Assembly: GCA_965214095.1 (NCBI GenBank)
Contig: OZ243938.1
Location: 832,001-896,000, forward strand
Direction: 5' to 3'
DNA from: Candidatus Poribacteria bacterium
GTDB lineage: Bacteria > Poribacteria > WGA-4E > WGA-3G
Length of the DNA: 64,000 bases
Part shown: in pieces, positions 21,490 to 30,913 of the stretch
How positions within the stretch are numbered: the stretch's first letter is position 1
How the letters are laid out: each line of letters opens with the position of its first letter
Notes under the pieces: model-generated
What the model saw: only the letters and a program-made list of their open reading frames with translations
Database searches by the model: none
What the model was told of the DNA's origin: nothing
Program-made: the position numbers and the translations under genes

Positions 21490-22878
21490 ATGAGTTTGAA
21501 CATTGTCGTTGTCGTCTCTGATACACTTCGCACAGCATATCTGAGTCCTTATGGTAATGATTGGGTGAAAACACCGAATTTGGCACGGTTTGCAGAACAA
21601 GGTGTTACATTTACCAATGCACACCCTGAAATATTGCCAACAATCCCAACTCGACGCACGCTACATACAGGTAGACGAGTCTATCCAATTAGTTCTTACA
21701 ACCCAGTTCCTTGGGATAATGTCTACACACCAGGGTGGCAGCCGATGTCATCAGATGAACCAGCAATCGCTGAGTCACTTGTCCGAAACGGATACCACAC
21801 AGGTTTCTTCGCTGATGTCCCACACTATTTCGTGCCGGGAATGAACTTTACGAGAGGATTCCAACAGTGGCAATATGTCAGAGGACAAGCAGAGGATAGA
21901 TATAGAGGGGGTGCCCATGCGGATCCAAAACAGGTGGCGAGATACAGAGGGAACCCAGGTCGCATCCGTTCACATATAGTCAACGTTCAACCTGAACGAG
22001 AAGAGGAAAACTGGCCAACAGCAAGATTGTTCCGTGCAGGTATTGAATTCGTCGAACATAATCACAATAATACACCTTTCTATCTATATATTGACGGTTT
22101 TACACCACATGAAACATGGGAAGCACCCATACACTATTACGATCTATACGGTAGCAGAGAAGATCGCGAGCCGATATGTCTAAACCTACCTTACGGTTCT
22201 CTCAAAAATGAAGAACTTGAAGAAAGGTTGCCAAGTGTTAAAGCAAACTACGCAGGTCTGGTAACGCTTGTGGATACCTGGTTTGGTAGATTAGTTGATA
22301 CTATTGACCGACTCGGATTGCGAGAGAACACATTGATTATGTTCTTAAGCGATCACGGCACAAACTTTGCAGAGAATCCTGATAAAGCAACAGGAAAACC
22401 CGCAACCTTCATGTATCCAGGTACAATGGACATACCGTTATTAGTCCGACATCCCTCCGGTGTGAATGCTGGTACTACTTGCGATGAATTCGTCTACACA
22501 CTTGATGTTCCTGCTACAGTTATGGATGCAAGTCAAGTTGAACCTGCAGGTGAAATTCAAGGGCAAAGTCTTTTACCTCTTGTTGAAGGAAAAAGCGGAT
22601 TCACTTCACGTGAATATCTTACCTGCCGTTATGTTAACTCTGTCTGGTATAAAGACAAGAAAAGTTGGTATTTTTCAAGTGTTGATCTTAACAGTGGCAC
22701 ACGTCTGTTTGATCTTGAAGCGGATCCGACTTGTCAGAACGATATAACTGATAAAGGCGCAGACCGAATTGCGCTTGCACATGAGCGACTCTTAGCAGAT
22801 GCAGGTGGAAATCTACCTCAGTACAAACGTCAAGGTAGAACAGATGCCCTCGGCAGACCACAGTTCGCTGAAGAATAG
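21490..22878 (+). CDS. Sulfatase-like alkaline phosphatase superfamily hydrolase (Thr at nucleophile position)
   Basis: NIVVVVSDTLR, TPNL, TIPTRR.LHTG, PHE.W, FLSDHG; GGAGG RBS. Confidence 0.85.
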   Translation: MSLNIVVVVSDTLRTAYLSPYGNDWVKTPNLARFAEQGVTFTNAHPEILPTIPTRRTLHTGRRVYPISSYNPVPWDNVYTPGWQPMSSDEPAIAESLVRNGYHTGFFADVPHYFVPGMNFTRGFQQWQYVRGQAEDRYRGGAHADPKQVARYRGNPGRIRSHIVNVQPEREEENWPTARLFRAGIEFVEHNHNNTPFYLYIDGFTPHETWEAPIHYYDLYGSREDREPICLNLPYGSLKNEELEERLPSVKANYAGLVTLVDTWFGRLVDTIDRLGLRENTLIMFLSDHGTNFAENPDKATGKPATFMYPGTMDIPLLVRHPSGVNAGTTCDEFVYTLDVPATVMDASQVEPAGEIQGQSLLPLVEGKSGFTSREYLTCRYVNSVWYKDKKSWYFSSVDLNSGTRLFDLEADPTCQNDITDKGADRIALAHERLLADAGGNLPQYKRQGRTDALGRPQFAEE

Positions 22879-22910
22879 TCTATAAAATGAGTGGGTGCAC
22901 AGGAGGATTC

Positions 22911-23306
22911 ATGGCTTATTTCAATAATGATAAAAGTGCAAATCCTGATGTGCCTCCACTAATTTCAATTCGTAATGAAACCGAATATGATAATGCTGTC
23001 CAAACACTAAATGCCTTGATTGATGAAGTAGGTACCAATGAAGAACATCCATTATATGAACTTCTTGATATACTTGGAACACTGATACATGCCTATGAAG
23101 AAAAACATCATCCAATTCCTGATTGTAGTGGAATTGATATGTTGAAATACTTAATGGAAGAACATCAATGCGATACCTCAGACTTACATGAGTTGGGTTC
23201 ACAAGAAACCGTATTGGAAATCCTGAATGAGAAAAGAGATTTAACAATTAAACAGATCCATGCTTTAGCGAACCGTTTTCATGTTAACCCTTCGGTATTT
23301 TTATGA
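22911..23306 (+). CDS. HigA-like antitoxin / HTH regulator (orphan)
   Basis: IRNE.EYD.A...L..L...L..LI.AYEE.H.PIP...LKYLMEEH...EILN.KR.LT..QI..LA.RF.V.PSVF. Confidence 0.8.
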   Translation: MAYFNNDKSANPDVPPLISIRNETEYDNAVQTLNALIDEVGTNEEHPLYELLDILGTLIHAYEEKHHPIPDCSGIDMLKYLMEEHQCDTSDLHELGSQETVLEILNEKRDLTIKQIHALANRFHVNPSVFL

Positions 23307-23382
23307 ATTGATACTTCTTCATACAATAATTCTCTGTTCACATAGTAACATCATCATAACCTGAATAATAAGGGATATAATT

Positions 23383-24603
23383 ATGAACCGTTCAAATAGA
23401 AGAATTATCTTAATTACTATAATTGTAGCAACATTGTTATCTGTTCTCAATTTTACATTACAATCAAACGCACAAAACTCCACCACTAAATTCTCTGGAC
23501 GCGTAGTAAATGAACATGGACAACCTGTACCCGATATTCATATTGCTATAAAGCCAGTCCAAATCGGTGAGCATGTAGAATTAAAACAACGTATCCATTT
23601 CCTTATATGGCCAAGAGTCGTGACTGGTAGTGATGGGAGTTTTTCATTCAAAAACATTGATCCTGTTTCTTCACAACTTGTCATATTTCCTGAACACGGT
23701 TCCGATCTTGAGATTCAGTCCATAGAAATCGGTAACCTTACTTTTTATTCTATTGCCTTTCGACAAGCCATGCCAACCTGGTTTGGGAAATTAACGTTTG
23801 CCGTTGAACCGGGGGAACACCTTGAGGATGTAATTGTCCATGTCAAAGAACCACGCATGCGAATTCGGGGTCGTGTTCTGTACGAAGACGGAACGCCGCT
23901 TATAAATGAAGAGATAAGTTTAACAATAAATTCAGAGCGGGTTCAAAGATTCAATGGTGGAGAAAGTAGAAGTGGCGGTAGAATGTCACGCAATTTTGAG
24001 ACAGATAACGAAGGTTATTTTGTTGTATATTATAGGGGAAGACCTGCTACCTATGTCGTACAAATGACATATCAAAGTTTTACTGCTGCATCAGAACCAA
24101 TTATCCTTGAGGAAAGTGAAAGGTACGACGATCTTGTCTTTAAACTAAAAAACATGTCAAAAACAATCAAACAAGATTCTGTATGGATAGTAAATCCAGC
24201 TACCGGCAATGCATATAGGAGAATTCAATGTCTCAACTTACAAGATGCCAGAGACCAAGCAGCAAGTGAAAACGCATATCTTGTTGCTATAAATGACGAA
24301 GCAGAACAGAAATGGTTAGAAGGTCTATTCAAGCACAGAGCATTTTTCTGGATTGGTCTAAGTGTTCCAAATAATGATGCGCAATGGCAATGGGACAATG
24401 GACAACCGTTGACGTACACAAATTGGAGAAAAGGACAGCAACCAAACAAAACAGAAAACGATAGTACAACAGGAGTTGCATTAGACTTCTACACAAAAAA
24501 GTGGGTTGCAATAAAGCAGAAAAGTCTATTCCAATCGGCAGTCAACATGGCAATCATTGAGAAAGACAAGAAGAATTTAGACCCACCTGAAGAAAACGAA
24601 TAA
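23383..24603 (+). CDS. Secreted protein with carboxypeptidase-regulatory-like beta domains and C-terminal C-type lectin domain
   Basis: Signal peptide; SGRVVNEHGQPV...TGSDGSFSF; AYLVAINDEAEQKWL...FWIGL...WQWDNGQPLTYTNW..GQQPN. Confidence 0.8.
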   Translation: MNRSNRRIILITIIVATLLSVLNFTLQSNAQNSTTKFSGRVVNEHGQPVPDIHIAIKPVQIGEHVELKQRIHFLIWPRVVTGSDGSFSFKNIDPVSSQLVIFPEHGSDLEIQSIEIGNLTFYSIAFRQAMPTWFGKLTFAVEPGEHLEDVIVHVKEPRMRIRGRVLYEDGTPLINEEISLTINSERVQRFNGGESRSGGRMSRNFETDNEGYFVVYYRGRPATYVVQMTYQSFTAASEPIILEESERYDDLVFKLKNMSKTIKQDSVWIVNPATGNAYRRIQCLNLQDARDQAASENAYLVAINDEAEQKWLEGLFKHRAFFWIGLSVPNNDAQWQWDNGQPLTYTNWRKGQQPNKTENDSTTGVALDFYTKKWVAIKQKSLFQSAVNMAIIEKDKKNLDPPEENE

Positions 24604-24639
24604 CTAAAATCAGATCCATCCCACAAGGAGATATTCGTC

Positions 24640-26043
24640 ATGATGCATTTGAAAAACACACAAAAGACCATATCAATCCTTATATCTCTGAGTATGTTGC
24701 TCATTGTGATTCCATTCAATAGTTTAGCAGAGGAAAAGCCGCCAACATTAGTCGGACGACTCATCAACGAAAACGGAGAACCCATTGTAGATTCAACTGT
24801 TATCCTTCTTTATGTGAAACTACGCGAATATGCTGGTTTGGACCCGCTATACGACAGTTCCTTATACCCCTTTTTAAGACAACGACCTCCAAGACATAGA
24901 CCCGGTATGGAAAATCCTCCTCCAGATGAACAAGTGCTACGAGAACATCCCCCATATCAAACATCTGTAAAGGATGAGGAAGGTAACTTTGTATTTACAG
25001 GAATTGTTCCAGGAATCGTTCAACTAATGGTTATTCCGGATGAGCGACTGAAACAAAATGTTCCACCTGAAAATCCTGATCAACGGAGATTTATACCATT
25101 ACCAGAAATTCACGCAATAAAGTTTGGTAAGTTCCAGTTTTATCCACACTCCTTTTCAATCTCGCCTTATACCGGGGGAGTCACATTTACCATAAAGCCT
25201 GGTGCAGACATCTCAAATGTTGAAGTGATTATGAAATCTGAAGGTGGAAAACACCAGAAAATACACGGAAGAATAGAATTCAAGAACGGACAACCACTCA
25301 TTGAAAAAAACGTTGAAATAGCTATATTCCAACTTGATATGGATGGTAGAGATGGTTCTGTTGAAGATTTTTCACAAATGACAGATACAAACGGTAACTT
25401 TGAGCTCTCTGTCCGCAATTACGGAATTCATACAATTAAACTTGGCTATATGGGATTGTCAACTATATCAGATCTGTTTATTGTAAAAGACAGAATACCC
25501 TATAAAGGTTTAGTTTTGACACTAAACGGTGATTCATCCGACATTTCTGATACAAAAACTTTCCATATCAATGAATCATATATTCCTTTTAAAAGCATTA
25601 TTAACTTCCCAGACGTATGGGTTATCAATCCTGAAAATGGGCATGTCTACAAAGCAATTCGGTGTGATGGCACAAGAAATGATGCCGAAACTAAAGCTGA
25701 AGCAGAAGATGCACATCTTGTTTCTATTACCAGTGAAGCAGAACAGGTATGGCTTGATGTTGTGTATGAAGGTATGGAGTATTGGATAGGATTAAAATAT
25801 GATCAAGATGATAGCAGATGGGAATGGGACTCTGGTGAACCATTCTCTTTTATGAACTGGGACATGAGCGACATATCCACACCGGGTTTTGCTGTTCCTC
25901 GCGATATTCCAAACCAGACAAATGATTTTGTCACCATGTCAAGAAAAGGAAAGTGGGAACGAACCCAACCAGTCGGTCCAACACGAATGGCAATCATTGA
26001 AAAGAATAAATTTAGCACAGAACCTAATCCACAAGTTAAGTAA
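24640..26043 (+). CDS. Paralogous secreted C-type lectin domain protein
   Basis: Signal peptide; GRLINENGEPI; AHLVSITSEAEQVWL...YWIGL...WEWDSGEPFSFMNW; shared MAIIEK terminus. Confidence 0.8.
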   Translation: MMHLKNTQKTISILISLSMLLIVIPFNSLAEEKPPTLVGRLINENGEPIVDSTVILLYVKLREYAGLDPLYDSSLYPFLRQRPPRHRPGMENPPPDEQVLREHPPYQTSVKDEEGNFVFTGIVPGIVQLMVIPDERLKQNVPPENPDQRRFIPLPEIHAIKFGKFQFYPHSFSISPYTGGVTFTIKPGADISNVEVIMKSEGGKHQKIHGRIEFKNGQPLIEKNVEIAIFQLDMDGRDGSVEDFSQMTDTNGNFELSVRNYGIHTIKLGYMGLSTISDLFIVKDRIPYKGLVLTLNGDSSDISDTKTFHINESYIPFKSIINFPDVWVINPENGHVYKAIRCDGTRNDAETKAEAEDAHLVSITSEAEQVWLDVVYEGMEYWIGLKYDQDDSRWEWDSGEPFSFMNWDMSDISTPGFAVPRDIPNQTNDFVTMSRKGKWERTQPVGPTRMAIIEKNKFSTEPNPQVK

Positions 26044-26066
26044 TTCATGCTGTTATATTTCATACT

Positions 26067-27896
26067 ATGAAAGCAAAATATACCCGCCTAAGCGAAAACC
26101 TATACATTCATCACGGACATGTCAACACTGGTATCCTTCGGGATGGACAACGTGCGCTGCTCATTGACCCAAGTGGAACTTCCCTTCAAACAACTCTCAA
26201 CGAAATCGGTATTACGCAGATAGATCAGATTATATATACCCATCACCATCGCGATAGTACATCTGGTTTTCCATTTCCAGAAAATGTCAAAATCGGTGTA
26301 CCAAAGGCTGAAGAACAGTGGTTCACAAATGTTGAATCATTCTGGAACGACTCAAAATACCGATGGCATCTTTACAACTGCCATCCACATAATCTTATGC
26401 TTGCTGACTCTATTCTTGTTACAGACACTTACACTGATGGCACAAAGATTAACTGGGGTTCTGCATCTATATCAGTTCTTGAAACACCAGGACATACCGA
26501 TGGAAGCATAACATATCTCGTAGATATTGATGGCAAACGTATAGCATTCACTGGTGATCTCATCTATGATGAAGGTAAAATTTGGGAACTGTACAGTCTG
26601 CAAAAAGGACAACAAACAACTGATTATCACGGATTTCTTGGCGCGCGAGACGAATTACGAGAGAGCTTAGAAAAAGTCCGTCGGGCATCTCCATCAACAC
26701 TTGTTCCGACACACGGCGTTGTGATGCCCAATCCTGATACTGCGATTGACAAACTTTTTGATCAATTAGATTATTGCTACGATAAATATGTGTCAATCTC
26801 TGCCTTACGCCATTACTTTCCAAATATCTTTACTGAGTTTGAAGGAAAGTCAGACCACATGAAAATCAGAGCAGGCAAACCAGCACCTGATTTTTTGCGA
26901 CACTTCGGCACGACATGGATTATAATATCTGAAAACAGAGAAGCGTTTGTTATGGACTGCGGTTCACCAAACGTGATAAAACAGATTCAACAGATGCAGG
27001 AAGACAACGAAATATCTGAAGTTACCCAGTTTTGGGTAACACACTATCATGATGATCATGTCAATGCTATCCCAGAATTTCAGGAGATCTTCTCATGTGA
27101 GACTATCACCGATTCTGTTGTCGCTGATGTTATCACAAATCCACTTGCCTACAGACTACCCTGTATTTCTCCTTCAATTACACATGTAGATCGCGCTACA
27201 ACTGATGGAGATAGTTGGACTTGGAATGAATTTGAAATGACTGCATACCATTTCCCCGGACAGACATATTATCATGGAGGTCTACTTGTTGAGGGACGTG
27301 GTGTGCGTATGTTTTTTTCTGGCGATTCCTTCACAATGGCTGGGATTGATGACTACTGTTCAGGTAATCGGAATCTACTTGGTAATGGTGTCGGTTACAA
27401 TCAGTGTCTTCAACTCATTAAAGAACTAAATCCCACTCACATTTTCAACTGTCATGTAGATCCTGCTTTTGACTTTTCAGATGAAGAAATCAACTTTATG
27501 TTAGACACACTCTCTGAACGTGAAAAATGCTATACCGACCTTTTTCCATGGGATCATGCAAACTATGGAATGGATGACCAATGGGTGCGATGTCACCCCT
27601 ATGAACAGGAAGTGCTGCATGGAGAAACTGTTCAGTTGGGTGTAGAGATAACAAACCATTCTGATCAACCACGTAAAGCAACTGTTAGACCGATTCTACC
27701 TTCAAATTGGAGAGAGGATACTGACCCAACAGAAACAACTATTGAACCAAAATCTACTGGAAACATCCAATTTTCTATTCAAATTCCTCAACAATGTGAT
27801 AGAATAGGTAGAGTAGTAATTCCTTTTGAAATCATATATAATGACATTTCATTAGGACAATTCCGGGAAGCGATCTTTGTTCTCAATGAAGGATAA
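26067..27896 (+). CDS. Tandem metallo-beta-lactamase-fold hydrolase with C-terminal Ig-like domain
   Basis: THHHRD...TPGHT...FTGD and a second THYHDDH...FPGQT...FSGD. Confidence 0.82.
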   Translation: MKAKYTRLSENLYIHHGHVNTGILRDGQRALLIDPSGTSLQTTLNEIGITQIDQIIYTHHHRDSTSGFPFPENVKIGVPKAEEQWFTNVESFWNDSKYRWHLYNCHPHNLMLADSILVTDTYTDGTKINWGSASISVLETPGHTDGSITYLVDIDGKRIAFTGDLIYDEGKIWELYSLQKGQQTTDYHGFLGARDELRESLEKVRRASPSTLVPTHGVVMPNPDTAIDKLFDQLDYCYDKYVSISALRHYFPNIFTEFEGKSDHMKIRAGKPAPDFLRHFGTTWIIISENREAFVMDCGSPNVIKQIQQMQEDNEISEVTQFWVTHYHDDHVNAIPEFQEIFSCETITDSVVADVITNPLAYRLPCISPSITHVDRATTDGDSWTWNEFEMTAYHFPGQTYYHGGLLVEGRGVRMFFSGDSFTMAGIDDYCSGNRNLLGNGVGYNQCLQLIKELNPTHIFNCHVDPAFDFSDEEINFMLDTLSEREKCYTDLFPWDHANYGMDDQWVRCHPYEQEVLHGETVQLGVEITNHSDQPRKATVRPILPSNWREDTDPTETTIEPKSTGNIQFSIQIPQQCDRIGRVVIPFEIIYNDISLGQFREAIFVLNEG

Positions 27897-27900
27897 ATCA

Positions 27901-28320
27901 ATGCTAAAGTTATCACACCCCACAGTAGATATAGCAATCACATGTAGCAATTTTGAAAAGTCATTAGACTTCTATCACAACAAATTAGGATTTGAGATTG
28001 TGTTGGATTTAGAGATTCCAGATAATCTTGCACAGGATATAGGACTTGCACCAACAGGATTTCGGCAAGTCCGTCTCAAGGCTGGAAATACACTTATCAA
28101 ACTCATGGATATTGAATCTCCTCCACCCACACCACCAGACCAGTTTTCTGCCGGTGTCCGATGGCTTACCTTCTTTGTTGATGATATTGATGAGAGTGTC
28201 AAGAACTTAAAACAAAATGGTGTTGAATTTCTGTCTGAACCTATAAGTGCTCCGGATGCAGCAGGTGTTGTTTGTGCAAAAGACCCTGATGGCATCCTAA
28301 TTGAACTGGTCCAAATATAA
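27901..28320 (+). CDS. VOC/glyoxalase family protein
   Basis: IAITCSNFEKSLDFY...LGF...LTFFVDDID...KDPDGILIELV. Confidence 0.88.
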   Translation: MLKLSHPTVDIAITCSNFEKSLDFYHNKLGFEIVLDLEIPDNLAQDIGLAPTGFRQVRLKAGNTLIKLMDIESPPPTPPDQFSAGVRWLTFFVDDIDESVKNLKQNGVEFLSEPISAPDAAGVVCAKDPDGILIELVQI

Positions 28321-28328
28321 GAAACATT

Positions 28329-29201
28329 ATGAACAAATTAACTGATTCACAAGTACAATCTTTTGAAGAAAACGGATATCTCTTAATAGAGAATGCGCTT
28401 ACACCAGATGATTTAAACCCACTTATTTCTGAATTTGAGGAAATAGTAGACGCAGGGGCATCACAACTATACAAAGATGGATTGATTGACTCTGAATTTA
28501 AAACTGAAGGATTTGATACACGTTTAGCAAAAATAACAGATCAATCTCCTACAGTTTTCCAGCAAGTGTTTAGTGGGACACACACAGGACCCGCACTTTT
28601 TCATCTACTCATTAACTCAAAACTACTTGACATCGCTGAGTCACTCGTCGGTCCTGAGATTATGTGCCACCCTGCATACCGTGTGCGTCCAAAACTGCCT
28701 GACCATGATAGGACTTTAGTGCCTTGGCATCAAGATGCTGGTTATATGGAACCAAAATGTGATTCTGTTCTACAACTCACAATATGGATTCCATTGATAG
28801 ACGCTACCATTGAAAACGGATGTCTTGAAGTCATACCACATGCACATCGCGAAGGTGTATTCAGACACCGTCACTCTGAAACTTTCTATCTTGAAATCCC
28901 TGATGATGCATTGCCAGATGTTGAACCTGTGGTCGTTCCAGTAGATTTTGGAAGTGTGATGCTATTTACTAATCTCACACCACACCGTTCTATTCCCAAT
29001 GTTAGCAATCAAGTGCGATGGAGTGTTGATTCACGTTATCAGGACGCTGCAAAACCGACTGGATATCAACCAGAAGCAGGTTTCCTTGCGCGTAGCAGCT
29101 TGCAACCAAATGATGTTGTCCAAACTCCTGAAGAATTCAAAAGAATACGCGAAGAACATCAACCAGGACCAGGTCCAAACCGATGGGGAAAGAAGGAGTA
29201 G
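28329..29201 (+). CDS. Phytanoyl-CoA dioxygenase (PhyH) family Fe/2OG oxygenase
   Basis: F.ENGYL, PWHQD, WIPL.DAT.ENGCLEVIP, PHRS..N.S..VRWS.D.RY. Confidence 0.9.
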   Translation: MNKLTDSQVQSFEENGYLLIENALTPDDLNPLISEFEEIVDAGASQLYKDGLIDSEFKTEGFDTRLAKITDQSPTVFQQVFSGTHTGPALFHLLINSKLLDIAESLVGPEIMCHPAYRVRPKLPDHDRTLVPWHQDAGYMEPKCDSVLQLTIWIPLIDATIENGCLEVIPHAHREGVFRHRHSETFYLEIPDDALPDVEPVVVPVDFGSVMLFTNLTPHRSIPNVSNQVRWSVDSRYQDAAKPTGYQPEAGFLARSSLQPNDVVQTPEEFKRIREEHQPGPGPNRWGKKE

Positions 29202-29205
29202 ACTA

Positions 29206-29697
29206 ATGCGTAGGTTCAAAATGCTTACTCCAATGTTCATTGTTTTCATATTATGCATAAGCGGTGCAAAAACTACTAAGGAAACACCAAAGCCTAAGGA
29301 TGTTGAACTAACGGGCAAAATCGTTTGTTTAGCAGAAGCAATGCATAAACAATATAAGGTTGAACTCTCTGCAGAACATGAGCATCTCTATGGTGTCAAA
29401 ACGAAGGATGATAAATATTTCACACTTTTACGGACATCGTTATCAGAAGCACTTTTCGTTGATAGACGATTACATGAGAAAGACCTGATTATCAAAGGTC
29501 GTGTCTTTCCAAATACACATTTGTTAGAAGTAATACGGATACAATCTTTAATAGATGGAATTGTGCATGAACTCTATTACTATTGTGATACATGTTATAT
29601 CCGTGCAGTTGCACCGGGAAACTGCGATTGCTGTCAGGCACCAGTTGAGTTAATTGAGAAACCGTTAAATGTAGACTCTGTGATTCCATCACCGTAA
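29206..29697 (+). CDS. Exported hypothetical protein with Cys-rich putative metal-binding C-terminus
   Basis: Signal-like N-terminus; GKIVCL; YYYCDTC......GNCDCCQAP; AAGGAG RBS before ATG at 29206. Confidence 0.7.
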   Translation: MRRFKMLTPMFIVFILCISGAKTTKETPKPKDVELTGKIVCLAEAMHKQYKVELSAEHEHLYGVKTKDDKYFTLLRTSLSEALFVDRRLHEKDLIIKGRVFPNTHLLEVIRIQSLIDGIVHELYYYCDTCYIRAVAPGNCDCCQAPVELIEKPLNVDSVIPSP

Positions 29698-29716
29698 GAG
29701 ATAAAAGGATTTGATT

Positions 29717-30910
29717 ATGGAAAAACGACCCAAAATCGCTGCAATCACTACCATATACCACAAATACTCACATACTCAGCATATTGTAGATAGGTTTTTA
29801 GAGGGATATGGGTGGAACAGTCGACACCATTATCCCCCAATAGACCTCGTCTCACTCTATGTTGAACAGGTCAAAGATAACGACATAAGTAAAGACAGAT
29901 TAGACCGTTTTCCATCAATGAAAGGATATCCCACAATTGCTGATGCGCTCACTCTCGGTGGTGAAGATTTAGCGGTTGATGGTGTGCTTCTCATTGGAGA
30001 ACACGGTGAATATCCAAGCAACGACAAAGGTCAACGTCTCTATCCACGGTATGAACACTTCATGCAAATGGCGGAAGTGTTTGAAAAGAGCGGACGTGGC
30101 GTGCCTATATTCAACGACAAACATCTTTCATGGAATTGGGAGTGGGCACAGGAAATGTATGACATTTCTCAAAAGATGGATTTTGCATTTATGGCAGGCT
30201 CATCGCTACCAGTAACATGGAGAACTCCATCAATAGACATGCCGCTCAGGACACCGGTATCAGAAGCAGTATGCGTCGGCTATGGTGGTGTGGACAGTTA
30301 TGATTTCCATGCTTTAGAGACCTTACAATGCATGGTTGAACGACGAAAAGGTGGAGAATCTGGTGTAAGATGGTTGCAGGCATACCGTGGCGATGCATTT
30401 TGGAATGCACATCACGAAAAACTCTGGTCACGTGAACTTTTTGAATCTGCATTGTGTAGAAGTCATACATTGACACCCTCGCGTCCAGGATTTAACAATC
30501 CATTTTCCACTATAGATGAGATGAAAGAAATTGCAAAAGACCCGATAGCATATCAATATGAACATAACGATGGACTCAAATCAACGATGATTCTGATGAA
30601 CGGACTGGTACAGGATTTTAACTTCGCTGCCTATATCGGATCAGATGACGAAGTGCTATCAACGCAAATGTATCTCCCAATGCCTCCTGCACGGACGAGT
30701 TTAGCAAACTTCTTTTCTCCACTGGTGAACAATATTGAGAAGATGTTTCTAACAGGAGAACCGACCTATCCTGTTGAGCGGACATTACTAACAACTGGTC
30801 TTGTCGCAGCAGGTGTTGATAGTCTACATGATGGTGGTACAAAACAGGAGACACCGCATCTGAACATTGCATATCAACCAACCAAAGAATCAACTTTTTG
30901 GAGAACATAA
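29717..30910 (+). CDS. Conserved hypothetical protein (Gfo/Idh/MocA-like oxidoreductase fold suspected)
   Basis: Long ORF; LAVDGVLLIGEHG, IFNDKHLS, AGSSLPVTWR, YDFHALE; paralogue of the next gene. Confidence 0.65.
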   Translation: MEKRPKIAAITTIYHKYSHTQHIVDRFLEGYGWNSRHHYPPIDLVSLYVEQVKDNDISKDRLDRFPSMKGYPTIADALTLGGEDLAVDGVLLIGEHGEYPSNDKGQRLYPRYEHFMQMAEVFEKSGRGVPIFNDKHLSWNWEWAQEMYDISQKMDFAFMAGSSLPVTWRTPSIDMPLRTPVSEAVCVGYGGVDSYDFHALETLQCMVERRKGGESGVRWLQAYRGDAFWNAHHEKLWSRELFESALCRSHTLTPSRPGFNNPFSTIDEMKEIAKDPIAYQYEHNDGLKSTMILMNGLVQDFNFAAYIGSDDEVLSTQMYLPMPPARTSLANFFSPLVNNIEKMFLTGEPTYPVERTLLTTGLVAAGVDSLHDGGTKQETPHLNIAYQPTKESTFWRT

Positions 30911-30913
30911 GAT

